Source: an uncultured Thiomicrospira sp.
Lineage (GTDB): Bacteria; Pseudomonadota; Gammaproteobacteria; CAKMZV01
NCBI GenBank assembly: GCA_965195345.1
Contig: OZ239628.1
Coordinates: forward strand, 320,001-384,000
DNA length: 64,000 nucleotides
Reading direction: 5' to 3'
In this document: one piece after another, positions 48,431 to 58,395 of the stretch
Position numbering within the stretch: position 1 is the first letter of the stretch
Layout: every line of letters begins with the position of its first letter
Notes under the pieces: generated by a model
The model's database searches: none
What the model was told of the DNA's origin: nothing
What the model saw: the letters and a program-made list of their open reading frames with translations, nothing else
Program-made: the position numbers and the translations under genes

Positions 48431-49330
48431 ATGAACTTTAAGCGCTTACTTCCACAACCAAATAAGCGTTGGATTATAGCTATTCCCTACATTTGGTTAT
48501 TGCTTCTATTTCTTGCGCCGTTCTTTATCGTTTTTAAATTAAGTTTTTCTGATATTGCAATTGCGATCCCACCGTATACACCCATTGTTGAATTTGTAGA
48601 GGATGGGTACCTACAACTCACTTTAAACCTTAATAATTATTTACTATTATTTGAAGATAGTTTGTATATTTTTGCTTACTCCAACAGTGTACGTATTGCG
48701 TTGATATCGACACTGTTGACGCTTTTAATAGGATTCCCTCTTGCCTATGCAATGGCAAAGAGTTCAAAGCGTTTGGGTACGATACTGTTGCTGTTGATTA
48801 TTTTGCCTTTTTGGACTTCGTTTTTGATCAGAGTGTATGCTTGGATAGGCATTCTAAAAACGGAAGGATTGCTGAATCTTTTTTTATTAAAGTTGGGAAT
48901 AATTACTCAGCCGTTAGAGATTTTCGGAACAGATATTGCTGTTTTTATTGGGATCACCTATTCTTATTTGCCATTTATGGTATTACCTTTGTATGCAACT
49001 CTTGAGAAGATTGATCCTTCTCTGCTTGAAGCCGCTGCTGATCTGGGCTGTAAGCCTTTCAAAATTTTTTACTCGATTGTTATTCCTTTGGCAATGCCAG
49101 GTATTCTCGCTGGTTGTTTTTTGGTATTGATTCCTGCTATTGGGGAATTTGTCATTCCCGATTTATTAGGTGGATCAAATACAGTGATGATAGGAAATGT
49201 TTTGTGGTCTGAGTTTTTTGGCAATCGAGACTGGCCTTTGGCATCAGCGGCAACAGTCGTTTTATTACTGATATTAGTTGTGCCTATAGTTGTTCTCCAG
49301 AACTATCGTTCGAAGAGTCAAAATGAATAA
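48431..49330 (+). CDS. potH: Putrescine ABC permease
   Basis: PFWTSFLIRVYAW, LLEAAADLG and NRDWP motifs. Confidence 0.88.
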   Translation: MNFKRLLPQPNKRWIIAIPYIWLLLLFLAPFFIVFKLSFSDIAIAIPPYTPIVEFVEDGYLQLTLNLNNYLLLFEDSLYIFAYSNSVRIALISTLLTLLIGFPLAYAMAKSSKRLGTILLLLIILPFWTSFLIRVYAWIGILKTEGLLNLFLLKLGIITQPLEIFGTDIAVFIGITYSYLPFMVLPLYATLEKIDPSLLEAAADLGCKPFKIFYSIVIPLAMPGILAGCFLVLIPAIGEFVIPDLLGGSNTVMIGNVLWSEFFGNRDWPLASAATVVLLLILVVPIVVLQNYRSKSQNE

Positions 49331-50105
49331 AAAACTCAATTGGTTTAATATCTCATCCCTAATTATTGGGTTTTCGTTTCTCTATATTCCAATATTATTA
49401 TTGGTGCTATTTAGTTTTAACGAATCTAAATTGGTTACTGTATGGGCGGGATTCTCAACAAAATGGTACGCTTCTCTTTTTGAGAATGATCAGCTTTTGG
49501 ATGCTGCGTGGGTTACGCTCCGCATTGCCTTTATTTCTTCGACAGTAGCGACGGTGCTTGGAACATTAGCGGGATATGTGTTGGTAAGATTTACCTATTT
49601 TCGAGGGAAAACTCTTTTTTATGGCATGATTTATGCGCCTTTGGTCATGCCAGAAATTATTACAGGTCTGTCACTGTTATTGATGTTCATAGCGATTTCT
49701 CTTGATAGGGGTTTTGTGACCATTACATTGGCGCACATCACTTTTTCCATGTGCTATGTGGCAGTTGTTATTCAGTCGCGCTTGTCTACTTTCGATAAAT
49801 CGGTAGAAGAGGCAGCAATGGATTTAGGTGCTCCACCGTTTAAAACATTTTTGGTTATTACATTGCCAATTATTATGCCAGCTGTTCTTGCAGGCTGGTT
49901 GTTATCATTCACGCTGTCATTAGATGATTTGGTGATTGCTAGCTTTACTACAGGTCCAGGAGCTACAACACTCCCTATGCAAATATATAGCCAAGTACGG
50001 CTTGGTGTTAAACCAGAAATTAATGCGATATCGACTATATTAATTGGTTTGGTTGCAGCAGGTGTTGTTATTTCCTCATTCCTACTTAAAAGAAAAATGA
50101 AATGA
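49323..50105 (+). CDS. potI: Putrescine ABC permease
   Basis: SFNESKLVTVW, EEAAMDLGA and SLDDLVI motifs. Confidence 0.88.
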   Translation: MNKKLNWFNISSLIIGFSFLYIPILLLVLFSFNESKLVTVWAGFSTKWYASLFENDQLLDAAWVTLRIAFISSTVATVLGTLAGYVLVRFTYFRGKTLFYGMIYAPLVMPEIITGLSLLLMFIAISLDRGFVTITLAHITFSMCYVAVVIQSRLSTFDKSVEEAAMDLGAPPFKTFLVITLPIIMPAVLAGWLLSFTLSLDDLVIASFTTGPGATTLPMQIYSQVRLGVKPEINAISTILIGLVAAGVVISSFLLKRKMK

Positions 50106-51424
50106 AAATTGATTACGATCGTGTTTTAAAACGCAATCCATTGACGCATTCTCGAGTATATCCAACATCATATTATGCTGCGAGTGCTAATTCGCACTCG
50201 GCATACCCTGCCCTAGAAAAAAATGTAGACTGTGATGTTTGCATTATTGGTGGTGGTTTCAGTGGGGTGAATTGTGCTCTTGAGCTTGCTGAAAGAGGTA
50301 TTGACGTTTGCTTGTTAGAAGCACGTCGAATTGGTTGGGGCGCCTCTGGGCGTAACGGTGGGCAGGTTTTGCATGGGATTGGTCAGAATAATCAAAAATT
50401 TCACTCAATCATTGGACAAAAAGGGATTGATCAATTAGAAGAAATGGGCGATGAAGGAATAGAAATTTTATTGAATCGCGCAAAGAAATACGATATTAAG
50501 TGTGATGTGAAGCGTGGGTCAACATTGGTTGCGCTAAAAAAACGGCACCTGCAAGAGTTTGATGCGTATCAAAAACATTTTGAAAACAGAAAGTATCCTT
50601 TTTCTATAATTAGGCATGATGCAAAAAATTTACATGAGGCTATTGGATCAAAACGTTATATTGGAGCGTTATCTCTGGGAGGAGATGCACACATCCACCC
50701 ATTGAATTTATGCTTAGGTGAGGCAGATGCAGCCAGTAGTCTTGGAGTAAAGTTATTTGAAAACTCTGCAGTTGAAAAAATAGAAGAAGGTGAAAGCATT
50801 CGCGTTCACACTGAGAGAGGGAGTGTAAAAGCCAATGTATTAGTTATGTGTTGCAATGCTTATGGCAGCAACTTACACAACAGAATAAGCAATAAAATCC
50901 TTCCAGCAGGAAGTTATATTATTGCAACGGAACCGTTATCCGAGCAACAAGCTAATGAATTGTTGCCTTTAGATAGTGCTGTTTGTGATCTGAACTACGC
51001 ACTTGATTACTTTCGATTGAGCGCTGATAAAAGACTGTTGTTTGGCGGGATGTGTAATTATTCAGGACGTGATCCTGTAGATATAAAATCCGTGTTGAGA
51101 CCTAAAATGCTGAGAGTTTTTCCGCAATTGGAACGGGTAGGAATTGATTACCAGTGGGGTGGTATGATTGGGGTAGGAATAAACCGACTTCCACAAGTGG
51201 GTCGCACATCCCCTAATGTGTATCATGCTCAAGCCTATGCTGGTCATGGAGTCAATGCCACGCATTTGACAGCGCGCGTGATTGCAGAGTCCATTACAGG
51301 AGAAAGCAGGCGTATTGAGCTGTTTGAATCTATAAAACATTGGGGTTTTCCTGGAGGGAAGCTCTTACAATCGCCTCTTTTTGCAATAGGAATGGCGTAT
51401 TTTAGGATGAAAGATGCATTTTAA
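50102..51424 (+). CDS. puuB: Gamma-glutamylputrescine oxidase (FAD-dependent)
   Basis: SYYAAS, IIGGGFSG, GWGASGRNGGQ, HPLNL and DYFRLSADKRLLFGG motifs. Confidence 0.85.
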   Translation: MKIDYDRVLKRNPLTHSRVYPTSYYAASANSHSAYPALEKNVDCDVCIIGGGFSGVNCALELAERGIDVCLLEARRIGWGASGRNGGQVLHGIGQNNQKFHSIIGQKGIDQLEEMGDEGIEILLNRAKKYDIKCDVKRGSTLVALKKRHLQEFDAYQKHFENRKYPFSIIRHDAKNLHEAIGSKRYIGALSLGGDAHIHPLNLCLGEADAASSLGVKLFENSAVEKIEEGESIRVHTERGSVKANVLVMCCNAYGSNLHNRISNKILPAGSYIIATEPLSEQQANELLPLDSAVCDLNYALDYFRLSADKRLLFGGMCNYSGRDPVDIKSVLRPKMLRVFPQLERVGIDYQWGGMIGVGINRLPQVGRTSPNVYHAQAYAGHGVNATHLTARVIAESITGESRRIELFESIKHWGFPGGKLLQSPLFAIGMAYFRMKDAF

Positions 51425-51456
51425 AAAATCAAGACGTCGTCAATACAGGAGTTAGT

Positions 51457-52422
51457 ATGTCGAAAGGTGATCAAGCATTTAGGGTGGATGGTTTGAAAGA
51501 AAACTGGTCCGAAATGACTTATGCAGGTGCTTCCAGCTTCTTACGCAGGAAGTATACTCGTGACTTAACAGGGGTTGATGTTGCTGTTAGTGGTATCCCA
51601 TTTGATTGTGCGACGACATATAGAGCTGGTTGCCGATTCGGTCCTAAAGCCGTGCGAGAAGGCTCGGCTCAGCTTACTGAGTTAAAGGCATTTCCATATG
51701 GTTTTGACCCATTAGTTCATTTGGCGGTTATTGATTATGGAGACTGCTTTCTAGATCCACATCATCCGCATACCGTAGTGCAATCTATTGAAGATCATGC
51801 ACATGGAATTTTACAAAGTAATGCAAAGATGCTAACGATTGGAGGCGACCATTTTGTCACGTACCCTTTGCTTAAAGCGCACGCAAAAAAATATGGACCA
51901 ATTGCTTTGATTCAGTTTGATGCGCATTGCGATACTTGGATTGGTGAACCATCGAGAATGGATCATGGAACCATGTTTGCAAAAGCGGTTGATGAAGGGA
52001 TCATCGATGTAGAGCATTCGATCCAAGTAGGACTAAGAACGTACAACGACACGGACTACGGGTTCAAGATTTTAACCAGTCAATGGATACATCGGCATGG
52101 CATCCATATGGCTATTGAAGAAGTTATTAAGAGGGTTGGTGATAAACAAGTGTATTTGACGTTTGATATTGATGGACTGGATCCTGCTTATGCACCAGGG
52201 ACAGGGACACCCGTATCAGGTGGTTTGGCAAGTTGGCAAGGGATAGAATTTATTCAAGGGTTGAAAGATTTAAACTTGCTGGCAATGGATATAGTAGAAG
52301 TAGCGCCCCAATACGATAACAGTCAAATAACGGCTATTGCTGCATCGACTATGGCATATCAGTGGCTGTGTTTACTTGCTTTGAAAAAAGGTGCAAAAAC
52401 ACACCCAATCGGAAAGGTTTAA
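51457..52422 (+). CDS. speB: Agmatinase (ureohydrolase family)
   Basis: GGDH, FDAHCD, DHGT and FDIDGLDPAYAPGTGTP metal-binding motifs. Confidence 0.87.
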   Translation: MSKGDQAFRVDGLKENWSEMTYAGASSFLRRKYTRDLTGVDVAVSGIPFDCATTYRAGCRFGPKAVREGSAQLTELKAFPYGFDPLVHLAVIDYGDCFLDPHHPHTVVQSIEDHAHGILQSNAKMLTIGGDHFVTYPLLKAHAKKYGPIALIQFDAHCDTWIGEPSRMDHGTMFAKAVDEGIIDVEHSIQVGLRTYNDTDYGFKILTSQWIHRHGIHMAIEEVIKRVGDKQVYLTFDIDGLDPAYAPGTGTPVSGGLASWQGIEFIQGLKDLNLLAMDIVEVAPQYDNSQITAIAASTMAYQWLCLLALKKGAKTHPIGKV

Positions 52423-52461
52423 GATTGGAAGTCTAACAGAAAGAGATTTAAGACAAATGAC

Positions 52462-52499
52462 ACCAAAACTTCCAACGACGGTCGTTAGAAGATTTGGTT
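52462..52499. terminator. Stem-loop between convergent speB and the BMP gene
   Basis: ACCAAA-a-CTTC-c-AACGAC..GTCGTT-a-GAAG-a-TTTGGT imperfect inverted repeat. Confidence 0.5.
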
Positions 52500-52516
52500 C
52501 ATTTAATATTGTTGAG

Positions 52517-53569
52517 TTATAGTTTGCCCTCTACGCCTTTAACAAAATAATTCATCTGCGTGAGCATTTGGTCATTGGCAACAAAATTTTTGGCAAGTCG
52601 AACATTGCCTGCTTGATCAGTAATGGGACCGGTAAATGGGTGGAAACTTCTATTGGCGATTCCTTTTCTATGTTGCTCAATTAGTTCAGCAGTGTTCTTA
52701 TCCAATTCACTTGTCACTTTAAAGTCGACCAAGCCTTCTGGAATGCCTTGCCATAAAGATTGGCTTTTCCAAGTTCCATTAAGCACCTGCTCTATTTTCG
52801 CAATATAGAATTTCCCCCAATTGTGAACAACAGCACCTATTTGAGCTTCTTTGCCGTGTTTTTTCATGTCTGAATGATATGAAATAGCATTTATTCCATT
52901 ATCCTTTGCTGTTTTGACGACGGCGATTGAGTCTGTGTGATGTGTTAATATATCAGCATTCTGGGCAATCAAGCTATTAGCTGCTTCGCTTTCTTTACCT
53001 GGATCAAACCATGAGTTTGTCCATAAAACTTTCACCTTAACGTTAGGGTTAACGCTCTGCGCTCCCAAAGTAAAGGCATTGATGCCGCGCACGACTTCAG
53101 GAATTGGGAAAGCAGCAACATAACCGATGATGTTTGATTTGGTTTTTTTGCCTGCGGCTATGCCAGCAAGATAACGTCCTTCATAGAAACGAGGAGAGAA
53201 ATTCCCCATGTTTTTAGATTTTTTGTATCCTGTAGCATGTTCAAAAACCACTTCTGGAAAAGCGCTTGCTACTTTAAGTGTTGGATTCATATAGCCAAAA
53301 GACGTTGCAAAAATCAGATCATACCCACTGCTTGCAAGTTTACGAATGATTCGCTCAGCGTCGGGCCCTTCTCCAATACTTTCAAAATATTTGGTTTCGA
53401 CTTTATCACCGAATTTCTTTTCAACTGCTAATCGTCCGAGATCGTGTTGATAGGTCCAGCCTGCGTCACCAATAGGGCTAACGTAAACAAACCCTACCTT
53501 CAAAGGTGCGGCCATGGCCATGGTATTTAATAAAAATAGCCCAATGGACAAAGTTAAAATTTTCTTCAT
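52517..53569 (-). CDS. BMP-family purine/nucleoside ABC substrate-binding protein
   Basis: VGFVYVSPIGDAGWTYQH, TSFGYM, RFYEGRY and WFDPGKE motifs. Confidence 0.88.
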   Translation of the reverse strand: MKKILTLSIGLFLLNTMAMAAPLKVGFVYVSPIGDAGWTYQHDLGRLAVEKKFGDKVETKYFESIGEGPDAERIIRKLASSGYDLIFATSFGYMNPTLKVASAFPEVVFEHATGYKKSKNMGNFSPRFYEGRYLAGIAAGKKTKSNIIGYVAAFPIPEVVRGINAFTLGAQSVNPNVKVKVLWTNSWFDPGKESEAANSLIAQNADILTHHTDSIAVVKTAKDNGINAISYHSDMKKHGKEAQIGAVVHNWGKFYIAKIEQVLNGTWKSQSLWQGIPEGLVDFKVTSELDKNTAELIEQHRKGIANRSFHPFTGPITDQAGNVRLAKNFVANDQMLTQMNYFVKGVEGKL

Positions 53570-53636
53570 TAGATTCTCCCACTAAGAGTAATTGTATATG
53601 TGCAATCAAATTGCACTGATTCCGCTTTTATCGCTT

Positions 53637-54563
53637 TCATTTTGCTTCAAATGGTATCCCAAGATTGGCGGGAGCACCAAACGAATGTTTCATTTTAATG
53701 GACGAAATGAAAATTAGCACGATAATAGTTGTTAAATAGGGGAGCATTGCAAAAAATTCCGCAGGGATTTGGCTAAAAATTCCTTGATTGCCTTGAAGAA
53801 AGAGCTGTGAAATACTGACGAATCCGAATAGAAAAGCGCCGATGAGCAATCGTGACGGTAACCAAGTAGAAAAAACAACCAAAGCTAAAACAATCCAACC
53901 TCGTCCAGCAGTCATGTTTTCAGCCCATAGAGGCGTATATACCAAAGACAGGTAAGAGCCTCCAAGGCCTGCCATTGCTCCACCAAATATAACTGCCAAA
54001 AAGCGTATTTTCAAGATGGAATACCCCATCGAATAAGCTGAATTATGATTTTCTCCAACAGCGCGCAATATAAGACCTAATCGAGTATGGAAAAGGAAAA
54101 AGTGCGTACCTACCAATAGCATGAAAGCCATATATACTAGAAAATCGTGTTGAAATAAAATTTTTCCGAAGAATGGAATCTCTGCAAGAAGGGGAATGTT
54201 TAATTTCCCTAATCCCGTGATAGGGACACCCACATACTTAAGTCCCATAAAAGCACTAAGACCTACACCAAAAATAGTCAGTGCCAAGCCAGTAGCTACT
54301 TGATTGGTTCTAAGCAATATGGTGAGTGTTGCAAAGATACTTGACATGAGAACACCAGATACCGTTGCCATTAAAAAACCAAAAAAAACATTACCCGTTA
54401 CAGCAGTAGCGATAAATCCGCTAATAGCACCTACTAGCATCATTCCTTCAATGCCTAAATTTAATACACCTGCTTTTTCACAAACTAATTCACCGATTCC
54501 TGCAATAAGTAATGGCGTGAGAGAAAGAATTGAGGCATAAATAATAATACTAATATATTCCAT
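53637..54563 (-). CDS. Purine/nucleoside ABC permease
   Basis: EKAGVLNLGIEG and TAGRGWIVLALV motifs. Confidence 0.87.
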   Translation of the reverse strand: MEYISIIIYASILSLTPLLIAGIGELVCEKAGVLNLGIEGMMLVGAISGFIATAVTGNVFFGFLMATVSGVLMSSIFATLTILLRTNQVATGLALTIFGVGLSAFMGLKYVGVPITGLGKLNIPLLAEIPFFGKILFQHDFLVYMAFMLLVGTHFFLFHTRLGLILRAVGENHNSAYSMGYSILKIRFLAVIFGGAMAGLGGSYLSLVYTPLWAENMTAGRGWIVLALVVFSTWLPSRLLIGAFLFGFVSISQLFLQGNQGIFSQIPAEFFAMLPYLTTIIVLIFISSIKMKHSFGAPANLGIPFEAK

Positions 54564-54571
54564 AAAGAGAC

Positions 54572-55633
54572 CTATTTAATTTGGATTTTATACAGCAGGA
54601 AAAAATCCGATGCAAGCAAGCAAAATAAAATTAACCCTTGAAAAATACCTCCAATCGAGACAGGCAAGCCAAGATTGAGTTGTGCCGATTCAGAGCCGAT
54701 ATAGATAAGTGCCATGAGAAAACCAGAAAAAATTATGCCTACAGGATGCAGTCGCCCTAGGAATGCCACAATGATGGCGGTAAAGCCATATCCTGGTGAT
54801 ATGACAGGAATAAGTTGAGAAATATTGGATGAGACCTCGCTGATGCCTGCTAAACCAGCTAATCCTCCACAAATGACAAAGCTCAACCAAACAGTTCTTT
54901 TTTCGCTGAATCCAGCATAACGGATAGCGGGGATGGAAAACCCCGAAACACGCAGTTGAAATCCCAAGTATGAATGTTTAAGAAAAATATAGATCAGTGG
55001 AAAAATTATGATAAGAAATAAAGGGGTTATGCTAAGGCGTGTGCCCTCAATCAAGTATGGATAGATGGCAGAATCACTAAAGTAAACACTCTGAGGGAAA
55101 TTAAGTCCGTCTGGGTCTTTAATAGGACCGTGGGTGAGGTAGCTTAGAAAGAGTTGAGCAATGTAAACGAGCATAAGGGAAGTAAGAATTTCATTGGTGT
55201 TGAATCGATTTTTAAGCAGTGCAGGAATCAATGACCATAGAATGCCTCCAATAATCCCTGCTACAATCATTAGAGGGATGATGTAAAACCCTTGTTTTTC
55301 GTGAAAATAAAGTGCGACTAATCCACCAAAAATGCCGCCCATAATGAGTTGTCCCTCTGCGCCGATATTCCATATATTGGCTTTAAAACCAACGGTTAAT
55401 CCCAATGCAATTATGATGAGGATGCTTGCTTTCATGATTACTTCAGAAAAATCATAAAGCGAACTAATGGGATCGATGAAAAAATAATAAAAGGTCGAAA
55501 GTGGAGGATATCCGAGTGCCGTAAGAAGCATTGAACTTAGAATGCCCGTTGCAACAATCGCACTAAAAGGCGAAGCTAAACTACGGTATATACTTGTTTT
55601 TTCAGAGCTTCTTTTGCGAATGCTTATTTTCAT
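54572..55633 (-). CDS. Purine/nucleoside ABC permease
   Basis: WNIGAEGQ, NEILTSLML and GYGFTAIIVAFLGRLHP motifs. Confidence 0.87.
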   Translation of the reverse strand: MKISIRKRSSEKTSIYRSLASPFSAIVATGILSSMLLTALGYPPLSTFYYFFIDPISSLYDFSEVIMKASILIIIALGLTVGFKANIWNIGAEGQLIMGGIFGGLVALYFHEKQGFYIIPLMIVAGIIGGILWSLIPALLKNRFNTNEILTSLMLVYIAQLFLSYLTHGPIKDPDGLNFPQSVYFSDSAIYPYLIEGTRLSITPLFLIIIFPLIYIFLKHSYLGFQLRVSGFSIPAIRYAGFSEKRTVWLSFVICGGLAGLAGISEVSSNISQLIPVISPGYGFTAIIVAFLGRLHPVGIIFSGFLMALIYIGSESAQLNLGLPVSIGGIFQGLILFCLLASDFFLLYKIQIK

Positions 55634-55643
55634 GTACTAATAC

Positions 55644-57119
55644 TCATAGTGTCATCATTAGTCCAACTTGCTCTTTTGTAAGAGAATGAACTGGGTATGT
55701 GGTGCTTAAATTATTTTCTTTAATAACGGTTATTTCATCACAAATGGTAAACATTTCATCAAGATCTTCAGAAGCTACGAATACGGCAACGCCTTGATCG
55801 CGCAAAGCAATTAGCTGATTACGTATGAAAATAGCCGCGCTGATGTCAACCCCCCATGTTGGATTTGCAATAAGGAGCACCTTAGGGTTTTGTAGGATGG
55901 TGCGCCCGACAATGAACTTTTGTAAATTGCCACCCGATAGATTGGTTGCTAATGATAGATTGTCTTTTGTTCGGACGTCAAATTTCTCAATAATTTCATT
56001 CGAAAAACTTTGCAAGGTGGTTTTTTTTATTAATGCGTTTTTTATTAGAAAATTCCTGCGGTTGGAAACGCCAAGCAATGCGTTTTCATATAAAGTCATT
56101 TGTGGGATTGCTGCCCGTCCAAGCCTTTCAGTTGGGACGAATAAAATACCAGCGCTATTGCGTTTGGCAACCCCCCAATTGCTGATGTCTTCACCATTGA
56201 AATGGATGTTATTTTTCGTACCTATCTCACCGGCAAGGGCAGCCATTAAAATGTCTTGCCCATTTCCTGCAATACCTGCAATACCAGTAATGCAACCAGA
56301 CTTTATTTGAATTTCTTCAATGGTCAAAGGCAATGAGCTAGTAGGTTTGCAACGCATAGTCAGAATGGATCTTGCTTCAATCGTTTCATCGCGCTTCGCA
56401 TAATCACTTATTTGTTTTCCTACCATCAATTGTGCGATTTGCGCTACATTGATATTTTCAAGATCGTAATCTCCGATTGATTTTCCTTGGCGAAGGATGG
56501 TTGCATGAGAGCACACTTGTTTAATTTCATCCAATTTATGTCCAATGAAAAGAATTGAACAGCCATCTTCACGCAGAGTATTTAATGTTTTAAATAGATG
56601 CTGTGTCTCCACTGGAGTTAGCACAGAAGTTGGCTCGTCAAGGATTAATAACTTAGGCTGTTGCAACAAGCAACGGATTATTTCAATGCGTTGTTTTTCG
56701 CCAGACGAAAGTGTTTTGACGCGTGCATTTGGATCGACCTGTAGAGTATAGCGATCGCATATCTCAATAATGCGTTCTCTTAAGGTTTGCATGTTTCCGT
56801 GATAGTCTATGCCCAGTGCAATGTTTTCAACAGCACTCATAGAATCAAATAAGGCAAAGTGCTGAAAAACAATACCTATTCCCATTCGGCGCGCGATAAC
56901 AGGTGATGCAATCTCTACAAGATTGTCTTCCCAAAATATCTTACCTGTGTCCGATTCAACTAAGCCATAAATAATGTTAACCAAAGTGCTTTTCCCTGCG
57001 CCATTTTCGCCCAGCAATGCATGTATAGAATTAGGCTTTATTTTTAGACTTATATTGTCGTTGGCTTTATTTTCGCCGTACGACTTGCTAATATTTTGAA
57101 GTTGCAGTTGGTATTTCAA
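55644..57119 (-). CDS. Purine/nucleoside ABC ATP-binding protein (two-domain CUT2 type)
   Basis: LLGENGAGKST, ILDEPTSVL and LSGGNLQK motifs. Confidence 0.9.
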   Translation of the reverse strand: MKYQLQLQNISKSYGENKANDNISLKIKPNSIHALLGENGAGKSTLVNIIYGLVESDTGKIFWEDNLVEIASPVIARRMGIGIVFQHFALFDSMSAVENIALGIDYHGNMQTLRERIIEICDRYTLQVDPNARVKTLSSGEKQRIEIIRCLLQQPKLLILDEPTSVLTPVETQHLFKTLNTLREDGCSILFIGHKLDEIKQVCSHATILRQGKSIGDYDLENINVAQIAQLMVGKQISDYAKRDETIEARSILTMRCKPTSSLPLTIEEIQIKSGCITGIAGIAGNGQDILMAALAGEIGTKNNIHFNGEDISNWGVAKRNSAGILFVPTERLGRAAIPQMTLYENALLGVSNRRNFLIKNALIKKTTLQSFSNEIIEKFDVRTKDNLSLATNLSGGNLQKFIVGRTILQNPKVLLIANPTWGVDISAAIFIRNQLIALRDQGVAVFVASEDLDEMFTICDEITVIKENNLSTTYPVHSLTKEQVGLMMTL

Positions 57120-57120
57120 A

Positions 57121-58230
57121 TTATGTGCTTTGTTGGGCGTTTAGTTGGAGGATAAGTTCTGCTGCAATAGAAATGGCTACGGCAACAGGGGACTTGAAAT
57201 GCTTAAAATTTGCTCCGATGGGGCAACTAAAGCGAGCAAGTGTTGTTTTATCAATGTCCTCATCCTTTAGCCTATGTTTAAAACGTTTTCCTTTTATTTT
57301 TGACCCAATCATGCCAAGCCAAGAAAACCTATTTTCTTTTAAAATCGCTGAGCAAACAGAATAATCAATATCGTGAGAAAAAGTCATAACTAAATGATAA
57401 GCCTTGTTTGGTGATACAGGTACTACTTCAATAAAGTCAGTACAGATTATACGTAAGTTTTCAGGCGGGTCTATTAAATACGTAAATTGTTCGGCACGGC
57501 TGTCAACCCAAGTAATCATTACAGGAAGTTGGCAGATTAGAGGAATGAGCGATTGGGCAACATGCCCAGCGCCATAAAGTACAACTTGAGGTATTGTTGC
57601 AAAATGAAAGCATTCAATCAGGTAGGTGGTTTCGTCCAATATGATCACTTTATTTTGATAATAACGCTCACAACCAAATTGCTTGGCAGTGTTGTGTAGT
57701 TCAGTTGGAATAAATGCACCATTGATTTCATCAGGCGTATCAGGGCATAGTAAAAACTTGCTTGGGAGGTTTGAAGTTGTGCTGGGTGTGCTAGTGACTA
57801 ATATTGTCGATAGTGCGTTTTTTTTTGAAGCTGCTTTAGCTTTTGCAGAGAGAGTTGGTAATGTTGGCGACGCTATGAGTGATTTAAATTGCAATAGCCA
57901 CTCTGGGTTTGAATGCATGTCAATAGGTTCAAAATATATTTTCAAAGTGCCACCGCAACATTGAGAAAACGCGCTACTGAGTGCAAACTCCTCAATGATG
58001 GGATGAAAGTTTGTGTATGACAGTAGTTGATGTGCTTTTTTGATTACTTGCAACTCTAATTGCCCACCACCGATGGTTCCCGATACGAGCTTATCAGCAT
58101 CAACGACTAATTTTTCGCCAATATTGCAAGGGGTTGACCCATTGGTTTCAATAACAGTTATTAACGCAAATACTGATGGTGGCAGAGTGCTGAGAGAATT
58201 CAACCAATGAGGCAAGTATGAATGTTCCAA
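57121..58230 (-). CDS. xdhC: Xanthine dehydrogenase accessory (Moco insertion) protein XdhC
   Basis: GSTP, GTIGGGQLE, QCCGG, YGAGHV, MTFSHDID, GMIGS and CPIG motifs. Confidence 0.88.
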   Translation of the reverse strand: MEHSYLPHWLNSLSTLPPSVFALITVIETNGSTPCNIGEKLVVDADKLVSGTIGGGQLELQVIKKAHQLLSYTNFHPIIEEFALSSAFSQCCGGTLKIYFEPIDMHSNPEWLLQFKSLIASPTLPTLSAKAKAASKKNALSTILVTSTPSTTSNLPSKFLLCPDTPDEINGAFIPTELHNTAKQFGCERYYQNKVIILDETTYLIECFHFATIPQVVLYGAGHVAQSLIPLICQLPVMITWVDSRAEQFTYLIDPPENLRIICTDFIEVVPVSPNKAYHLVMTFSHDIDYSVCSAILKENRFSWLGMIGSKIKGKRFKHRLKDEDIDKTTLARFSCPIGANFKHFKSPVAVAISIAAELILQLNAQQST

Positions 58231-58395
58231 TGAATCTCCAAGGACATATCAAAAAAGGTAATTTTAACGTCCAATGCGCATGCGTACTTTCTTTTGTGAG
58301 AAATGGTAGATTAACATATTGCCGAGATAGGCACGACACATTTAAAATTGTAAACAGAGTGTTTTAAATATTGCTTTAATGGAAAGGCGTTATTT

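Noticed and set aside
53600-53617. GTGCAAT-caa-ATTGCAC palindrome upstream of the BMP gene, considered as an NtrC site
   Set aside because: The half-sites are in the opposite orientation to TGCAC-N7-GTGCA and I saw no sigma54 promoter; it is probably a small mRNA hairpin.
58231-58395. Possible purine/xanthine riboswitch before xdhC
   Set aside because: No conserved aptamer sequence or convincing multi-stem fold is visible.
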